Below are positions 1 to 10,558 of a stretch of 64,000 nt of DNA, piece by piece (within the stretch, counting starts at the first letter, position 1; each line of letters starts with the position of its first letter). Position numbers and translations under genes: made by a program. The DNA lies in NCBI GenBank assembly GCA_934178345.1, contig CAKPQG010000007.1, positions 9,817-73,816 of the forward strand, read 5' to 3'. Below the pieces are notes generated by a model that was not told the origin of the DNA, searched no databases, and worked only from the letters and a program-made list of their open reading frames with translations. Source of the DNA: an uncultured Dialister sp. (GTDB lineage: Bacteria > Bacillota > Negativicutes > Veillonellales > Dialisteraceae).

Positions 1-1580
1 TGACGAAAGAGCTCGAGCTGCATAAAGACGATGAGAAGCTCATCGAGCAGTATGGCAAGGCGGAAGAACGATTTGAATTTTTAGGCGGCTACGACTATGA
101 GTCGATGACCAAGAAGATTCTGACCGGGCTCGGCTTCACGCAGGAAGACTGGGACAGAGATATCCATGCTTTCTCCGGCGGGCAGAAGGTCCGTATCAAT
201 CTCGCTGCCGCCTTCGTGCGCCATCCGGACTTCCTGCTCCTTGATGAACCGACGAACCACCTCGACATGGGCATGCTCGAGTGGCTCGAAGACTACCTGC
301 GCTCGTACAAGGGCGGGATCCTCATGATTTCCCATGACCGCTACTTCCTGGATGCAGCGGCGACGGGGATCATCGATCTGGAGAACCACCATATCCGCAG
401 CTTCCGCGGAGGCTACTCGCGCTACCTGGAGACAAAGACGAATCAGGACAAAGCGTACCAGAAGGCTTACGACAAGCAGCAGGAGCATATCAAAGAAACC
501 GAAGAGTACATCAGGCGCTACAAGGCAGGCATCAAGGCGAAGCAGGCACGCGGCCGCCAGTCGCAGCTGAACCGCCTCGAACGACTCGACAAGCCCGTCC
601 ATCAGGCGATGCTCCGTTTCCACTTCGACCCGCCGCAGGAATGCGCGGAGAAGGTGCTCGACATCGTGCGTGCGAAAGCCTCCTACAAGGATCACCTGAT
701 CTTTGAGGATCTGAACCTTCATATCAAGAAAGGCGAAGTCCTCGGCCTCATCGGGCCGAATGGCGCAGGCAAGACCACGCTCCTGAAGCTCATCACGGGA
801 GAAAAGACAGCAGACAGCGGCATCATCCAGCTCGGCAATAACGTGAAGATGGGCTACTACTCGCAGGAGCAGGAGCGCCTCCATCCCGAGCTTTCCGTCC
901 TTGATGAAGTGCGTGATACCTTCAATTTCGGGGAGAAGGAAGCCAGAAATATCCTCGGTATGTTCCTCTTCCGCGGCGATGACGTCTTCAAAGAGGTCGC
1001 CATGCTCTCCGGCGGAGAGAAGGCACGTCTCTCGCTCCTCTGTCTCTTCCTTGAGAAACCGAATTTCCTCATCCTCGACGAACCGACGAACCACCTCGAC
1101 ATCCCGACGAGAGAAATCATGGAGCAGGCCATCCAGGCCTTCGGCGGTACCTCGCTCGTCGTCTCGCATGACCGCTATTTCTTGGACAAGATCACGACCC
1201 GTATCGTAGAAATGGAACATGGCAAGCTCACCGAGTACCTCGGCAACTACAGCTACTACAAAGAGAAAAAGCTCGACCTTGAAGCCTTCGAAAAAGACCG
1301 CAGCGGGGAAGAGCCTGTAGAAGAAGAACCGGCGGAAGATAAGACTGCGCCTGAGAAAGAACACCAGAAGAAGCAGGAAGTCTCCGCTTCCGAAAAGGAA
1401 AAGCTCAGCCATGTGGAAATGGAAATCGGCCGCCTCGAAGCGACCGTCAAGATGTACACCGCGCAAATGAGCATGAATCCGAACAACTATGCAGATCTCG
1501 CCGCCGAGTACGATGAAGCACTGAAAAAGCTCGAAGCTCTCTATGAGAAATGGGATGAGCTCGCAGCGAAGATGGATTAA
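1..1580 (+). CDS. ABC-F family ATPase (ribosome-associated, Uup/YdiF-like); 5' end lies upstream of the window
   Basis: In-frame from position 3 with no stops. Two ABC signature regions (FSGGQKVRINLA, LSGGEKARLSLL), a GPNGAGKTTLL Walker A, an inter-domain linker and a C-terminal coiled-coil tail. Stop TAA at 1578-1580. Confidence 0.85.
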   Translation, partial: TKELELHKDDEKLIEQYGKAEERFEFLGGYDYESMTKKILTGLGFTQEDWDRDIHAFSGGQKVRINLAAAFVRHPDFLLLDEPTNHLDMGMLEWLEDYLRSYKGGILMISHDRYFLDAAATGIIDLENHHIRSFRGGYSRYLETKTNQDKAYQKAYDKQQEHIKETEEYIRRYKAGIKAKQARGRQSQLNRLERLDKPVHQAMLRFHFDPPQECAEKVLDIVRAKASYKDHLIFEDLNLHIKKGEVLGLIGPNGAGKTTLLKLITGEKTADSGIIQLGNNVKMGYYSQEQERLHPELSVLDEVRDTFNFGEKEARNILGMFLFRGDDVFKEVAMLSGGEKARLSLLCLFLEKPNFLILDEPTNHLDIPTREIMEQAIQAFGGTSLVVSHDRYFLDKITTRIVEMEHGKLTEYLGNYSYYKEKKLDLEAFEKDRSGEEPVEEEPAEDKTAPEKEHQKKQEVSASEKEKLSHVEMEIGRLEATVKMYTAQMSMNPNNYADLAAEYDEALKKLEALYEKWDELAAKMD

Positions 1581-1583
1581 AGA

Positions 1584-1609
1584 AAGACGCCTCTTGGGGC
1601 GTCTTTTTT
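1584..1609 (+). terminator. intrinsic terminator after the ABC-F gene
   Basis: GACGCC-tcttgg-GGCGTC hairpin followed by TTTTTT. Confidence 0.7.
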
Positions 1610-1610
1610 G

Positions 1611-1905
1611 ATGCGAAATGAGAAAGGGTGGTGCGGAGGAAACGCCATTTCAACAATAGCGCGAGCCAACCCCGCCTCGCTGCGCTCGGCAGCCCCTGGG
1701 GCGGCTCGCCCCTTGATTACGTTTGAAAGCTTCGATTGAATGAAAAATGAGAAATGGTGGTGCGGCGCATAAAAATATGAAAGCGCCGCAAAGTATAAAT
1801 AATGGCGATGCCATGAGCTGGCATTCCAGTTACCAGTCACTTGAGACTCCTACTCCCTAGCCACTCATCCCTGCTTTCAAACTTGTAGCTCCCGTATCGT
1901 CATTT
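1611..1905. repeat. mosaic intergenic repeat cluster
   Basis: Contains the GGTGGTGCGGCGCATAAAAAT box, a GCGCCGC box, CAGTCAC and TAGGGAT-type heptads, the AAGTTTGAAAGCAGGGATGAGTGGCTAGGGA box and the CGTCATTTCGAGCGTAGTCGAGAAATC box, all shared with other clusters. Confidence 0.85.
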
Positions 1906-2130
1906 CGAGCGTAGTCGAGAAATCTTTTTGGCACTCCTGTTTCCTTAGAACCCGTTGAACCTGTCTATCGCTCTTCACAAAAAAATTATTTCCCCACTCT
2001 TGCGTATTCGTGGTATAATAAATTGTATTTCCGAATATATGATAACTTGACGGTTTCACTATAGAGTGAAGTCATCATCAAAAAAGTGCGCCTAGGCGCA
2101 ATAGGTTGCCCGAGGGGGAAAAGGAAAGAA

Positions 2131-3951
2131 ATGAAAAGAGAAGATATCCGCAACATTGCCATCATCGCTCACGTCGACCATGGTAAGACGACTCTGGTCG
2201 ATGCCATGCTGAAGCAGAGCCACATTTTCAGAGATAACCAGAAGGTCGCAGAACGCGTCATGGACTCGAATCCACTGGAACGTGAACGCGGCATCACGAT
2301 CCTGGCGAAAAATACCTCTGTCATGCATGACGGTGTGAAGATCAATATCGTCGACACCCCAGGGCATGCGGACTTCGGCGGCGAAGTTGAACGTATCCTG
2401 AACATGGTCGATGGCGTACTGCTCCTCGTCGATGCTCATGAAGGCCCGATGCCGCAGACGAAGTACGTCCTGAGAAAAGCACTGGAACACAAGCTGAAGC
2501 CGATCGTCGTCATCAATAAGATCGACCGTCCGGATCAGCGTATTTCCGATGTCGAAGGCGAGATCCTCGAGCTCTTCATGGAACTTGATGCGGACGATGA
2601 CCAGCTCGATTTCCCGCTGCTCTATGCATCGGCTAGAAGCGGCATCGCCAAGCTCCACATGAATGATGAAGGCAAGAACCTTGACCCGCTCTTTGATGCG
2701 ATCCTGAAGTATATCCCATGCCCGGAAGGCGAACCGGATGCCGGCCTGCAGGTCATGGTCACCACGCTCGAAGCGGATGACTACCTCGGCAAGGTCGCTA
2801 TCGGCCGTGTGACCCGCGGTACCGCGAAGCAGGGGATGCCTGTCGCTATCACCGATGGCGAAAAGATCAGAAGCGACCATATCGGTCAGCTCTTCCACTG
2901 GCAGGGCATGAAACGTACGCCTGTCGATGAAGCAAAGGTCGGCGACATCATCGCTATGGCCGGCTTCAAAGATATCAATATCGGTGAAACGGTCGCTGAT
3001 GCGACGAACCCGGAAGCACTGCCGGCGATCCACATCGACGAACCGACCCTGTCCATGGTATTCCATGTCAATAAGAGCCCATTTGCCGGCCGTGAGGGTG
3101 ACTTCGTCACTTCCCGCCATATCCGTGCCCGTCTCTACAAGGAAATCGAAACGAACGTGGCTCTTCGTGTAGAAGACACGGAAACATCTGATGCATTCAA
3201 GGTTTCCGGCCGTGGCGAGCTCCACCTCTCCGTCCTGATCGAGACCATGCGCCGTGAAGGCTTCGAACTTGAAGTCTCCAAGCCGCAGGTCATTTTCAAG
3301 GAGATCAATGGACAGAAGTGCGAACCGCTCGAACGTCTGACCATCGAAGTACCGCAGGAATTCATGGGTGCTGTCATGGAAGGTCTTGGACCGAGAAAAG
3401 CAGAAATGATCTCCATGGAAGAACTCGCAGGCTATATGAAGATGGAATTCTCCATCCCGGCCCGCGGCCTCATCGGCTTCCGTAATGAACTCCTGACCAC
3501 CACCCGCGGTACAGGTATCCTCTACCATGTCTTCCAGGGCTATGCGCCATACAAGGGTGATATCCCGGGCAGAACCAGAGGCTCCCTCGTGGCTTTCGAA
3601 TCCGGCACCACCACCGCATACGGCCTGAACTCTGTCCTCGACCGGGGCGAGCTTTTCCTGGAACCGGGCGTCGAAGTCTATGAAGGCATGATCATCGGTG
3701 AAAATACCCGTGATCAGGATATGGATGTCAACCCATGCAAAAAGAAACATCTGACCAACACCCGTGCCTCCGGCTCTGATGATGCCATCAAGCTGCCGCC
3801 ATGCCGCAAGTTCACGCTGGAAGGGGCGCTCGAATGGATCAATGATGATGAACTCGTCGAAGTCACTCCGGAAAACATCCGTATGAGAAAGATGGTTCTT
3901 TCCCGTCAGGCTAGATATAAGAGTGCCAATGTAAAGAAAAGCCAGCAGTAA
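2131..3951 (+). CDS. typA: translational GTPase TypA/BipA
   Basis: N-terminal [11 protein letters not shown]1 motif, [20 protein letters not shown], and an EF-G-like domain architecture. RBS GGAAAGG before ATG 2131. Confidence 0.9.
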   Translation: MKREDIRNIAIIAHVDHGKTTLVDAMLKQSHIFRDNQKVAERVMDSNPLERERGITILAKNTSVMHDGVKINIVDTPGHADFGGEVERILNMVDGVLLLVDAHEGPMPQTKYVLRKALEHKLKPIVVINKIDRPDQRISDVEGEILELFMELDADDDQLDFPLLYASARSGIAKLHMNDEGKNLDPLFDAILKYIPCPEGEPDAGLQVMVTTLEADDYLGKVAIGRVTRGTAKQGMPVAITDGEKIRSDHIGQLFHWQGMKRTPVDEAKVGDIIAMAGFKDINIGETVADATNPEALPAIHIDEPTLSMVFHVNKSPFAGREGDFVTSRHIRARLYKEIETNVALRVEDTETSDAFKVSGRGELHLSVLIETMRREGFELEVSKPQVIFKEINGQKCEPLERLTIEVPQEFMGAVMEGLGPRKAEMISMEELAGYMKMEFSIPARGLIGFRNELLTTTRGTGILYHVFQGYAPYKGDIPGRTRGSLVAFESGTTTAYGLNSVLDRGELFLEPGVEVYEGMIIGENTRDQDMDVNPCKKKHLTNTRASGSDDAIKLPPCRKFTLEGALEWINDDELVEVTPENIRMRKMVLSRQARYKSANVKKSQQ

Positions 3952-3960
3952 TCGCTGAAT

Positions 3961-3993
3961 AAAAAAACGAACCCGCAAGGGTTCGTTTTTTTA
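3961..3993. terminator. bidirectional intrinsic terminator
   Basis: AAAAAAACGAACCCGCAAGGGTTCGTTTTTTT: A-run, GC hairpin, T-run. Confidence 0.75.
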
Positions 3994-4335
3994 TTTGGAG
4001 AAGAAGGAGGAAAATGAGGAATGAAGAATGGTGGTGCGGCGCATCATACAATGAAAGCGCTGCGGATTATTGGAATCACGTAAAATGCGTCGCCCCTTGG
4101 AGAAGGGGCAGGCCGAAGGCCAGGGATAGACTGCCTCGAAGAGGCAGATTTCTGCAGAACGGCCAGTAGGCCTCTTGCGGATCACTGAAAAACGATTCAC
4201 GCAGATGGGATGCTGGCAGCTACGTAGAGTTGTGCCCCTGCGGGGCACTCTATCCGGCGCCTTTGGCGCGACCCCTCTCCAGGGGTCTGCTCAGCTCGCG
4301 AGGATTTCCTAATCCCTAGCTACCAGTCACCAGTC
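3994..4335. repeat. mosaic intergenic repeat cluster
   Basis: GGTGGTGCGGCGCATCA box, GCGCTGCGG, GGACTGGTGACTGGTAGCTAGGGATTAGGAAATCC heptads. Confidence 0.8.
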
Positions 4336-4336
4336 C

Positions 4337-5933
4337 CTAATTTTTTCCATTCATCACCATCACGTCTCCCGCTTCGAGTACGGTATCTCCTTTCGGGATG
4401 ATGACTTCTCCTTGTCTTAGGATGAGAACGACAAGATGACCGTGGGGGAGGCGGAGAGAGGAGAGGCTCTTCTGGTAATAGCGGCTCTTCTTCGTGACAT
4501 GGATTTCCGAGAGGGCAAGGCCTGTGACAGGAGCGACGCTCAAAGCAGAAAGGACCAGCGTATCTCCGGCAGAGAGTCTCGTGTCGCCATTCGGGATGAT
4601 CTTCTCGGTGCCGCGGGAAAGAAGGATGGCGAGCGTTTCAGGAGGGAATGCGATCTCTGAGAGTGCCTGCCCGCACCACGCATGCCCGGCGGGCAGGGTG
4701 AACTGGATGAATTGTACCGGCATCTCTTCCGTGTAGTCCGTGAAGGATTTCATGACATCGCTCTCATGATCGATCATAGAGAGCTTCTTCGCTGCGAGCG
4801 GCAGAAGCGCGCCCTGAAAGAGGATGGAAAGAAGAACGATGAAGAAGGTGACATGGAAGACGATGTCATTCACCGGCGCCTGCGTATAAGCGACGATGGC
4901 AAAGACGATGGCGGAAGCCCCGCGAAGGCCTGCGAAGGAGATCAGAGCGCTTGCGGCAGCGGGCGTTTTGAAAGGGGCAAGGAGAGCGAAGACGCCGAGA
5001 GGCCTTGCCACGAAGGTCAGGAAGAGCGCGATGAGGAAGGCAGGCCATGCGATCTCAGGGAGCTTCGATGGCGTGGAGAGAAGCCCCAGCAGGAAGAAGA
5101 TCATCATGGAGAGAAGATTCGTTGCGCCATTGAAGAAATGAACAATCGAGCGCTTTCCGGGGAAATCGCTGTTTCCTAAAATGATGCCGGCAATATAGGC
5201 GGAGAGGTAGCCATTTCCATCCAGCATTGCGGGAGCGGCATAGGCAAAGATAGCGATGGCGGTCAAAAGCACCATGTCGAAGCCGCCTGCGAGATAGTCG
5301 GTCTTTTTCAGCGCCCACTTCGAGATGGCTGCGATGCCGAAGCCGAAGGCAAGCCCGAAAACGATCTGCGCTGCGAGAAGCATGAGCGTCCCCCAAAGGT
5401 CAGCGGAACCATGCATGAGAGAAATGCAGATGATCGTCATCATGTAAGCGGCGGGATCGTTACTGCCGCTCTCTACTTCCAGGAGCGAGGCGGTGTGATA
5501 CTTGAGATTCAGCCTTTTCGCACGGAGGATGGAGAAGACGGATGCAGCATCCGTCGAGGCGATGACCGACCCCATGAGGAAGCTCAGAAGCCATGGTTCG
5601 CCTAGGATGAAGTGGATGAATCCGCCTGTCAAAAGGGCTGTCACGACGACGCCCGCACTCGAAAGTACGATCGCAGGGGCGGCGACAGGCTTTGCCATAG
5701 ACCAGTTCGTCCCGAAGCCTCCGTAGAACATGATAAAGATGAGTGCGGTCGAGCAGATCTCTTCGGCAAAGTTGTAGTTTTCAAAAGCAATATTGATAGG
5801 ACCATCCGAGCCGAAAAACATACCGAGCAGGATAAAGGCGAGAAGCACAGGGATGCCGAGCTTGTCCGAGACACGGTTCAAAAACACACAGGCAAAGATC
5901 ACAATGGCCGTCAAGAGCAGGAAAGAAGTCATA
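4337..5933 (-). CDS. monovalent cation:proton antiporter (CPA1/NhaP-type K+/H+) with a C-terminal TrkA-C (RCK_C) domain
   Basis: About 12 TM N-terminal transporter domain, then a soluble C-terminus with TrkA-C-like repeats (GDTLVLSA..., GDVMVMNG). ATG at 5933 preceded by GGAGA. Confidence 0.75.
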
Positions 5934-5989
5934 GGCGGTCTCCTTTTACAACAAGTGGAAAATTGATTTTCTTTATTGTATCGGAAAGA

Positions 5990-6340
5990 GAGAGAAAGAA
6001 CAATGGTGGAAGCCGTTTCATGTGTATCGTCATTTCGAGCGAAGTCGAGAAATCCTCCTTGCAGACCGATAAAGGACGCGCGAAAGTAGAAAGAGGCAGC
6101 ACACAGGTGTTGTTTTCTTGGGATGACGACACGGAGAAACCGTATTTTCAACAAGCGCGCGACCAACCCCGTCTCGCTGCGCTCGACTGCCCCTTCCAAA
6201 GGAAGGGGCGAGAATGGTGAATGACGTTCCATCCCCCTAGTCCCTAGTCACAAGTCCCTAGTCACCAGTTACCATTCACTCCCTAATCCCTAACTTTCTT
6301 TTTTGCGCTATAATAGAGACAGGTGTAAAAATAAAAGGAG
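5990..6340. repeat. mosaic intergenic repeat cluster
   Basis: CGTCATTTCGAGCGAAGTCGAGAAATC box, a GCGC box and CCCTAGTCCCTAGTCAC heptads. Confidence 0.8.
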
Positions 6341-6348
6341 GAACCATC

Positions 6349-6954
6349 ATGAAAGCTGATTGTGCAAACTGCCCGCATCATGCCTGCTATACCCGTGGGG
6401 CGAATTGTACGGGTGTGAAAGAAGAGGAGATCCGTAAGGCCTATACCGAAGAAGAACGGAAAATCATGGAGGCGGCGGCCTATGTTGAAGGGACATACTA
6501 CAGCGACATCTGCCGTCTGCAGGAGACCGCTGAATTTGCCAAACGGATGGGCTACAAGAAGCTCGGCCTGGCCTTCTGCATCGGTCTTCATGAAGAAGCC
6601 AGATACATCGTGAAATACTTTCGCCAGCAGGGCTTCGAGGTCTACTCCCTCTGCTGCAAGAACTGTTCCTTTGCGAAGAAAAACTTCGGCTTAAAGCAGG
6701 TGCATCCGGAAGCGGAGCATGAAGCGATGTGCAATCCGAAGTTTCAGGCAAGGTTTCTGGCAGAAAAAGGCGTGGATCTCAATATCATCTGCGGCCTTTG
6801 CGTGGGACATGACACGATCTTCACCTCGAATGCGGTAGGACCTGTCACATCTCTTGTCGTGAAAGACAGACTCCTCGCGCACAATCCTCTGGGGGCGATC
6901 TACTCGAGATACTGGAGAAAGAAACTGCATATTCAGGACGAGGATGAGATATAA
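6349..6954 (+). CDS. Cys-rich metal-binding protein, probable DUF1847 family
   Basis: MKADCANCPHHACYTRGANCTG N-terminus, internal CCKNCSF and ICGLCVGHD motifs; AAGGAGG RBS. Confidence 0.6.
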   Translation: MKADCANCPHHACYTRGANCTGVKEEEIRKAYTEEERKIMEAAAYVEGTYYSDICRLQETAEFAKRMGYKKLGLAFCIGLHEEARYIVKYFRQQGFEVYSLCCKNCSFAKKNFGLKQVHPEAEHEAMCNPKFQARFLAEKGVDLNIICGLCVGHDTIFTSNAVGPVTSLVVKDRLLAHNPLGAIYSRYWRKKLHIQDEDEI

Positions 6955-6955
6955 T

Positions 6956-7545
6956 TTGGAGGTTCAGGGTTCAGGGTTCAGGGTTCAGGGTTAGTCTCGA
7001 GGGCGTGCTGCCCCTTGATGGGGAATGAAATCTTTGCTCGAATTAGGGATTAGGAATGAAGGATCTAAGCACCGCGGAGTTTTAGAATATACGTTATTCA
7101 CGTAAGATGAGAAACCTGTGAACCTTTTGAACCTTCAGAAACCGTTTAACCTATGAAGCTTCATAAATAAGGGATAAGAATAGCCTGCTTTCAAACTTGA
7201 AGTATATAGAGCGATGCACTTACTTCGATTTTTCCCTCCTTCCTCTGGAAGTAGGGAAAAGGGGGATGAGTAGCCCATCTACCCCCTTCCTATGGAAGGG
7301 GGGATGCCCGAAGGGCGGGGGTTGGCCGAAGGCGAAAAAGAGCGAAGCCAACCTCCGGCGCTACGCGCCACCTCCTTCCAGAGGAAGGAGGGAGAAGGGG
7401 ATAGAAGAAGTGTAACAACGCTCATCTTAAGGAAGCGCCGCGGAGTATAGATGGTGGCAATGTCACTTTCGGGCATCGCTTCATAGATACTCGCGGAGAA
7501 GCCGCTACCACAACCCTGAACCTTGAACCCATCAACCTGAACCCT
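6956..7545. repeat. mosaic intergenic repeat cluster, including (GGTTCAG)4-5 and (GAACCTNTT)n tandems
   Basis: Four tandem GGTTCAG copies at 6961-6995; modules shared with the other clusters. Confidence 0.85.
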
Positions 7546-7552
7546 GAATCGT

Positions 7553-7582
7553 TTGACATGCAGGCAGCCTGCGCCGTACAAT
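7553..7582 (+). promoter_or_regulatory. sigma-70-type promoter for the YczE-like gene
   Basis: TTGACA, 18-nt spacer, TACAAT, about 25 nt before the RBS. Confidence 0.5.
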
Positions 7583-7607
7583 AGACATACTGTAAAGGAG
7601 GAATAGC

Positions 7608-8255
7608 ATGTCTGTTGTCAGCCGTTGGCTGCTTTTTTTAGTGGCCTTATGGATCCAGTCTGCCGGCATTGTGCTGGTGGTGAAAAGTTTTCTCGGGACT
7701 TCTCCGATTTCCAGTCTGCCCTATGTCATGAGCGAGACTTTTCCCTTCACGCTCGGAGAGACGACCTTTGCGGTCAATATGCTCTTCCTTTTGGGACAGA
7801 TGCTGATATTGAAAAAGAAATTTCCGAAGGTGCAGCTGCTGCAGGCGCCTATGACGATGATTTTTGCTGCCTTCATCGACCTCTGCATGCAGGCTTTCGG
7901 GAATATCACGCCGGACGCTTACTGGCAAAAGCTCATCATTCTCTTGCTCGGCGCGTCCATGGTTTCTCTGGGGGTGGCACTTCAGGGCATCGCGGACGTT
8001 CTGAAGCTTCCGGGGGAGGGACTGGTCTATACCGTTTCCGACACCTATCACCTAGACTTCGGTAAGGTCAAGATCGTAAACGATGGGATCCTCGTGACGC
8101 TCGCCATCTGCCTCTCCTATGTGGAAATCGGGAGCATCGAGGGCGTCCGTGAAGGCACGCTGATTTCCGTCTTCATCACCGGCATCATCGCCCGCTTCTT
8201 CCTCCGCCACCTCGGCGGCTGGGAAGAGGGGAGACGTGTGCTGAGGATCAGTTAG
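7608..8255 (+). CDS. YczE/YyaS/YitT-family small membrane protein
   Basis: 215 aa, 5-6 TM segments, an N-terminus typical of the YczE family; AAGGAGG RBS. Confidence 0.55.
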   Translation: MSVVSRWLLFLVALWIQSAGIVLVVKSFLGTSPISSLPYVMSETFPFTLGETTFAVNMLFLLGQMLILKKKFPKVQLLQAPMTMIFAAFIDLCMQAFGNITPDAYWQKLIILLLGASMVSLGVALQGIADVLKLPGEGLVYTVSDTYHLDFGKVKIVNDGILVTLAICLSYVEIGSIEGVREGTLISVFITGIIARFFLRHLGGWEEGRRVLRIS

Positions 8256-8305
8256 AAGGGAAATTTTTCAGGTCGGTAAGGTGTGGCGAACAATTTCATC
8301 GCTAA

Positions 8306-8342
8306 ATAAAAAGAGATTCCGAAAATCGGAATCTCTTTTTGC
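8306..8342. terminator. bidirectional terminator between convergent genes
   Basis: AAAAAGAGATTCCGAAAATCGGAATCTCTTTTT. Confidence 0.75.
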
Positions 8343-8352
8343 TTGCGGGAAA

Positions 8353-9318
8353 CTATTTCAATTCGACAGCGGAAGAAATCTTCGTCTCCTTCTCTGCTTC
8401 TTCGTCCTTGCCTACACAGTAGGAGGCGAAGAGAGAGCCGGACACATTGTGCCAGACGGAGAAGATCGCGCCTGCGATGCCGCCGGCCGCGGTGAAGTAC
8501 ATGAGAGCCAGCGTGGAAGCCAGACCGGAATTCTGCATGCCGACCTCGATGGTCATCGCGCGGGTCTGCGCCTTATTGAGACCGAAGCGGCGGGCACAGA
8601 AATTGCCGAGCAGCATGCCGCAAAGGTTATGCAGGATGACGACGGCGAGGATCACAAAGCCATTATCCAGGATCGTGCGGCCGGAGAGGGAGACCACGCA
8701 GCCGACCGTGATGATGACGACCAGCGCTGAGAACATCGGCATGATCGCATTCACCTTCTTCACCTGACGCGGGAAGAAAGTGTTGATGCCGACACCGATG
8801 AGGAGCGGCAGCAGCACCATTTTCACGATGGACATCATCATGGACATGAAATCGATATCGACCCAGGCACCGGCAATGAGCCATACCAGAAATGGCGTGA
8901 CAAATGGCGCAAGGATGGTATTCACCATCGTCATGGATACGGACAGAGCGACGTCCGCTTTGGCGATGTAGGAAATGACATTCGAAGCCGTGCCGCCGGG
9001 GCAGCAGCCGACCAGGACGACGCCGATCGCGATTTCCGGCGGAAGAGCAAAGAGGTGAATCAGTGCGAAAGCAGCGGCCGGCATGATGACGAACTGCAGC
9101 ACCGTGCCGATCGCTACATTCTTCGGCTGCTTGAATACATTCTTGAAATCACCGGGGGTGAGGCTCATGCCCATACCGAACATGATGATGCCGAGCAGTG
9201 TCGGGATCTTCGGTGCGAATGGCTTCATCACTTCCGGCCAGAAAATACTGAAAATGCCGATCAGCACGACGCCGATGGACATGTATTTCGTACAAAAACG
9301 AACGATGAGAGAAAGCAT
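8353..9318 (-). CDS. bile acid:sodium symporter (BASS) family transporter
   Basis: 321 aa, about 10 TM, BASS-like motifs (GCCPGGTASNV, MQNSGLA); AAGGAG RBS. Confidence 0.75.
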   Translation of the reverse strand: MLSLIVRFCTKYMSIGVVLIGIFSIFWPEVMKPFAPKIPTLLGIIMFGMGMSLTPGDFKNVFKQPKNVAIGTVLQFVIMPAAAFALIHLFALPPEIAIGVVLVGCCPGGTASNVISYIAKADVALSVSMTMVNTILAPFVTPFLVWLIAGAWVDIDFMSMMMSIVKMVLLPLLIGVGINTFFPRQVKKVNAIMPMFSALVVIITVGCVVSLSGRTILDNGFVILAVVILHNLCGMLLGNFCARRFGLNKAQTRAMTIEVGMQNSGLASTLALMYFTAAGGIAGAIFSVWHNVSGSLFASYCVGKDEEAEKETKISSAVELK

Positions 9319-9335
9319 AGAGTAGCTCCTTTTCC

Positions 9336-9712
9336 AAAAGGGTTCAGGGTTAGCTCATGGGACGTGCCGTCCCTTGGTTGTTTGCGAAAAAGGGAGAGCG
9401 GGTTCTATAGGTTCAGAGGGTTCAACGGGGGCGGTGCGGCGCATAAAAATAATGAAGCGCCGCGGAGTTTTGATAGCGCTTCGCGCCGTCGTCATTTCGA
9501 GCGTAGCCGAGAAATCTCTATGGCAGAGCGCTCATTGCCTGATGTGAGACAGCACCAAGACATCGTTTCCCCTCAGTGCATACACGCTGATTTCCGCAGT
9601 GCAGTAGAGATCGAGGGCTACGCTCGGGATGACGATGCCGGAGAATCCCAGTCACCAGTCACTAGTCACCAGTCACTAGTCACTCCTAATCCCCAAACCC
9701 AAAAGCGAATTA
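9336..9712. repeat. mosaic intergenic repeat cluster containing one copy of the palindromic CGTCATTTCGAGCG module
   Basis: GGTTCAGGGTTAG, GGTGCGGCGCATAAAAAT, GCGCCGCGGAG, the CGTCATTTCGAGCGTAGCCGAG...CTCGGGATGACGATG module, and (CAGTCACY)4. Confidence 0.85.
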
Positions 9713-10558
9713 TCCCAAAATCACATTATCGATGAGTCTTGTCTTGCCGAAACGGACTGCAAGGGCGAGGAGGACTTTCCCTTCGATCGTTTCACCGACT
9801 TCCGGAAGGCCTGGCATGCCGTACATTTCTACATAGTCGATATCGCTCATCGGTTCGGCTTCGATTTCTTTCGTCACCTGATCGATCAGTTTCTGCTTAT
9901 TTCTTTCACCAGCTTCGAAGGCTTCTTTCGCATGTGCAAGGCTTCTGGAGAGGACGAGAGCCGCGGTGCGTTCTTCCTTGGAAAGATAGACATTTCTGGA
10001 AGACTTCGCGAGGCCGTCCGCTTCACGGACGATCGGCATCAGGCGGAGCTCCACATTCATGAAGAGGTCTTCCACCATACGCTGGAGCACCTGTGTCTGC
10101 TGGGCATCCTTCAGACCATAGTAAGCACGGTCGCATTCCGTCAGATTGAAGAACTTCGTGCAGACAGTCGCTACGCCGCGGAAATGGATCGGGCGCGTGC
10201 GGCCGCAGAGAACCTTCGTGATCGGGCCGGTGACTTCCACCCATGTCATATCCTTATGCGGATACATTTCAGCGGGAGACGGAGCGAAGAGGAGATCCGC
10301 GCCAGCCGCTTCTGCGACCTTCGCATCGGCTTCGAGCGTTCTCGGGTACGCTTCGTAGTCTTCGTTCGGTCCGAACTGGGTCGGATTGACAAAGACAGAA
10401 GTGATGACGAAATCATTTTCCTTGGAAGCGGCCGCGATCAGGGACGCATGTCCTTCATGAAGCGCGCCCATGGTGGTCACAAGACCGATGGATTTCCCAT
10501 CCTTCTTGCACTGGTGGACGTACTCTTTCAGTTCTTTGATGGTGTGGATGACTTTCAT
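9710..10558 (-). CDS. panC: pantoate--beta-alanine ligase
   Basis: MKVIHTIKEL...GLVTTMGALHEGH (HIGH-like) and SSRN motifs; ATG 10558 with a GGAAGGAA RBS. A sigma-70 promoter (TTGATT-17-TAATAT) sits about 190 nt upstream on the minus strand. Confidence 0.88.
   Translation of the reverse strand: MKVIHTIKELKEYVHQCKKDGKSIGLVTTMGALHEGHASLIAAASKENDFVITSVFVNPTQFGPNEDYEAYPRTLEADAKVAEAAGADLLFAPSPAEMYPHKDMTWVEVTGPITKVLCGRTRPIHFRGVATVCTKFFNLTECDRAYYGLKDAQQTQVLQRMVEDLFMNVELRLMPIVREADGLAKSSRNVYLSKEERTAALVLSRSLAHAKEAFEAGERNKQKLIDQVTKEIEAEPMSDIDYVEMYGMPGLPEVGETIEGKVLLALAVRFGKTRLIDNVILG

Noticed and set aside
2092-3978. 628-aa ORF antisense to typA, and similar long antisense ORFs opposite ffh (16798-17943), eptA (10790-12013), yebC region (20310-21683), methyltransferase/permease (22319-24025), DAACS transporter (32599-33846), pyc (41237-44836) and the histidine kinase (53193-54206)
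   Set aside because: They have no RBS, low-complexity Arg/Asp/His-rich composition and no recognisable domains. Each mirrors a well-supported sense gene. They are typical stop-codon-poor antisense frames in 55% GC DNA.
4337-6232. Extended 631-aa version of the antiporter ORF starting at 6232
   Set aside because: The extra 100 codons run through the repeat cluster (CGTCATTTCGAGCG box). A good RBS (GGAGA) precedes ATG 5933, which begins the expected first TM helix (MTSFLLLTAIVIF).
7197-7581. ORFs lying entirely inside mosaic repeat clusters (for example 7197-7415, 7279-7581, 1577-1840, 13189-13377, 14133-14477)
   Set aside because: They lack ribosome-binding sites and their sequences are dictated by repeat modules. 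Similar peptides arise only because the DNA repeat recurs. They are treated as non-coding, except for the conserved-frame curiosity noted for the 210-bp module.
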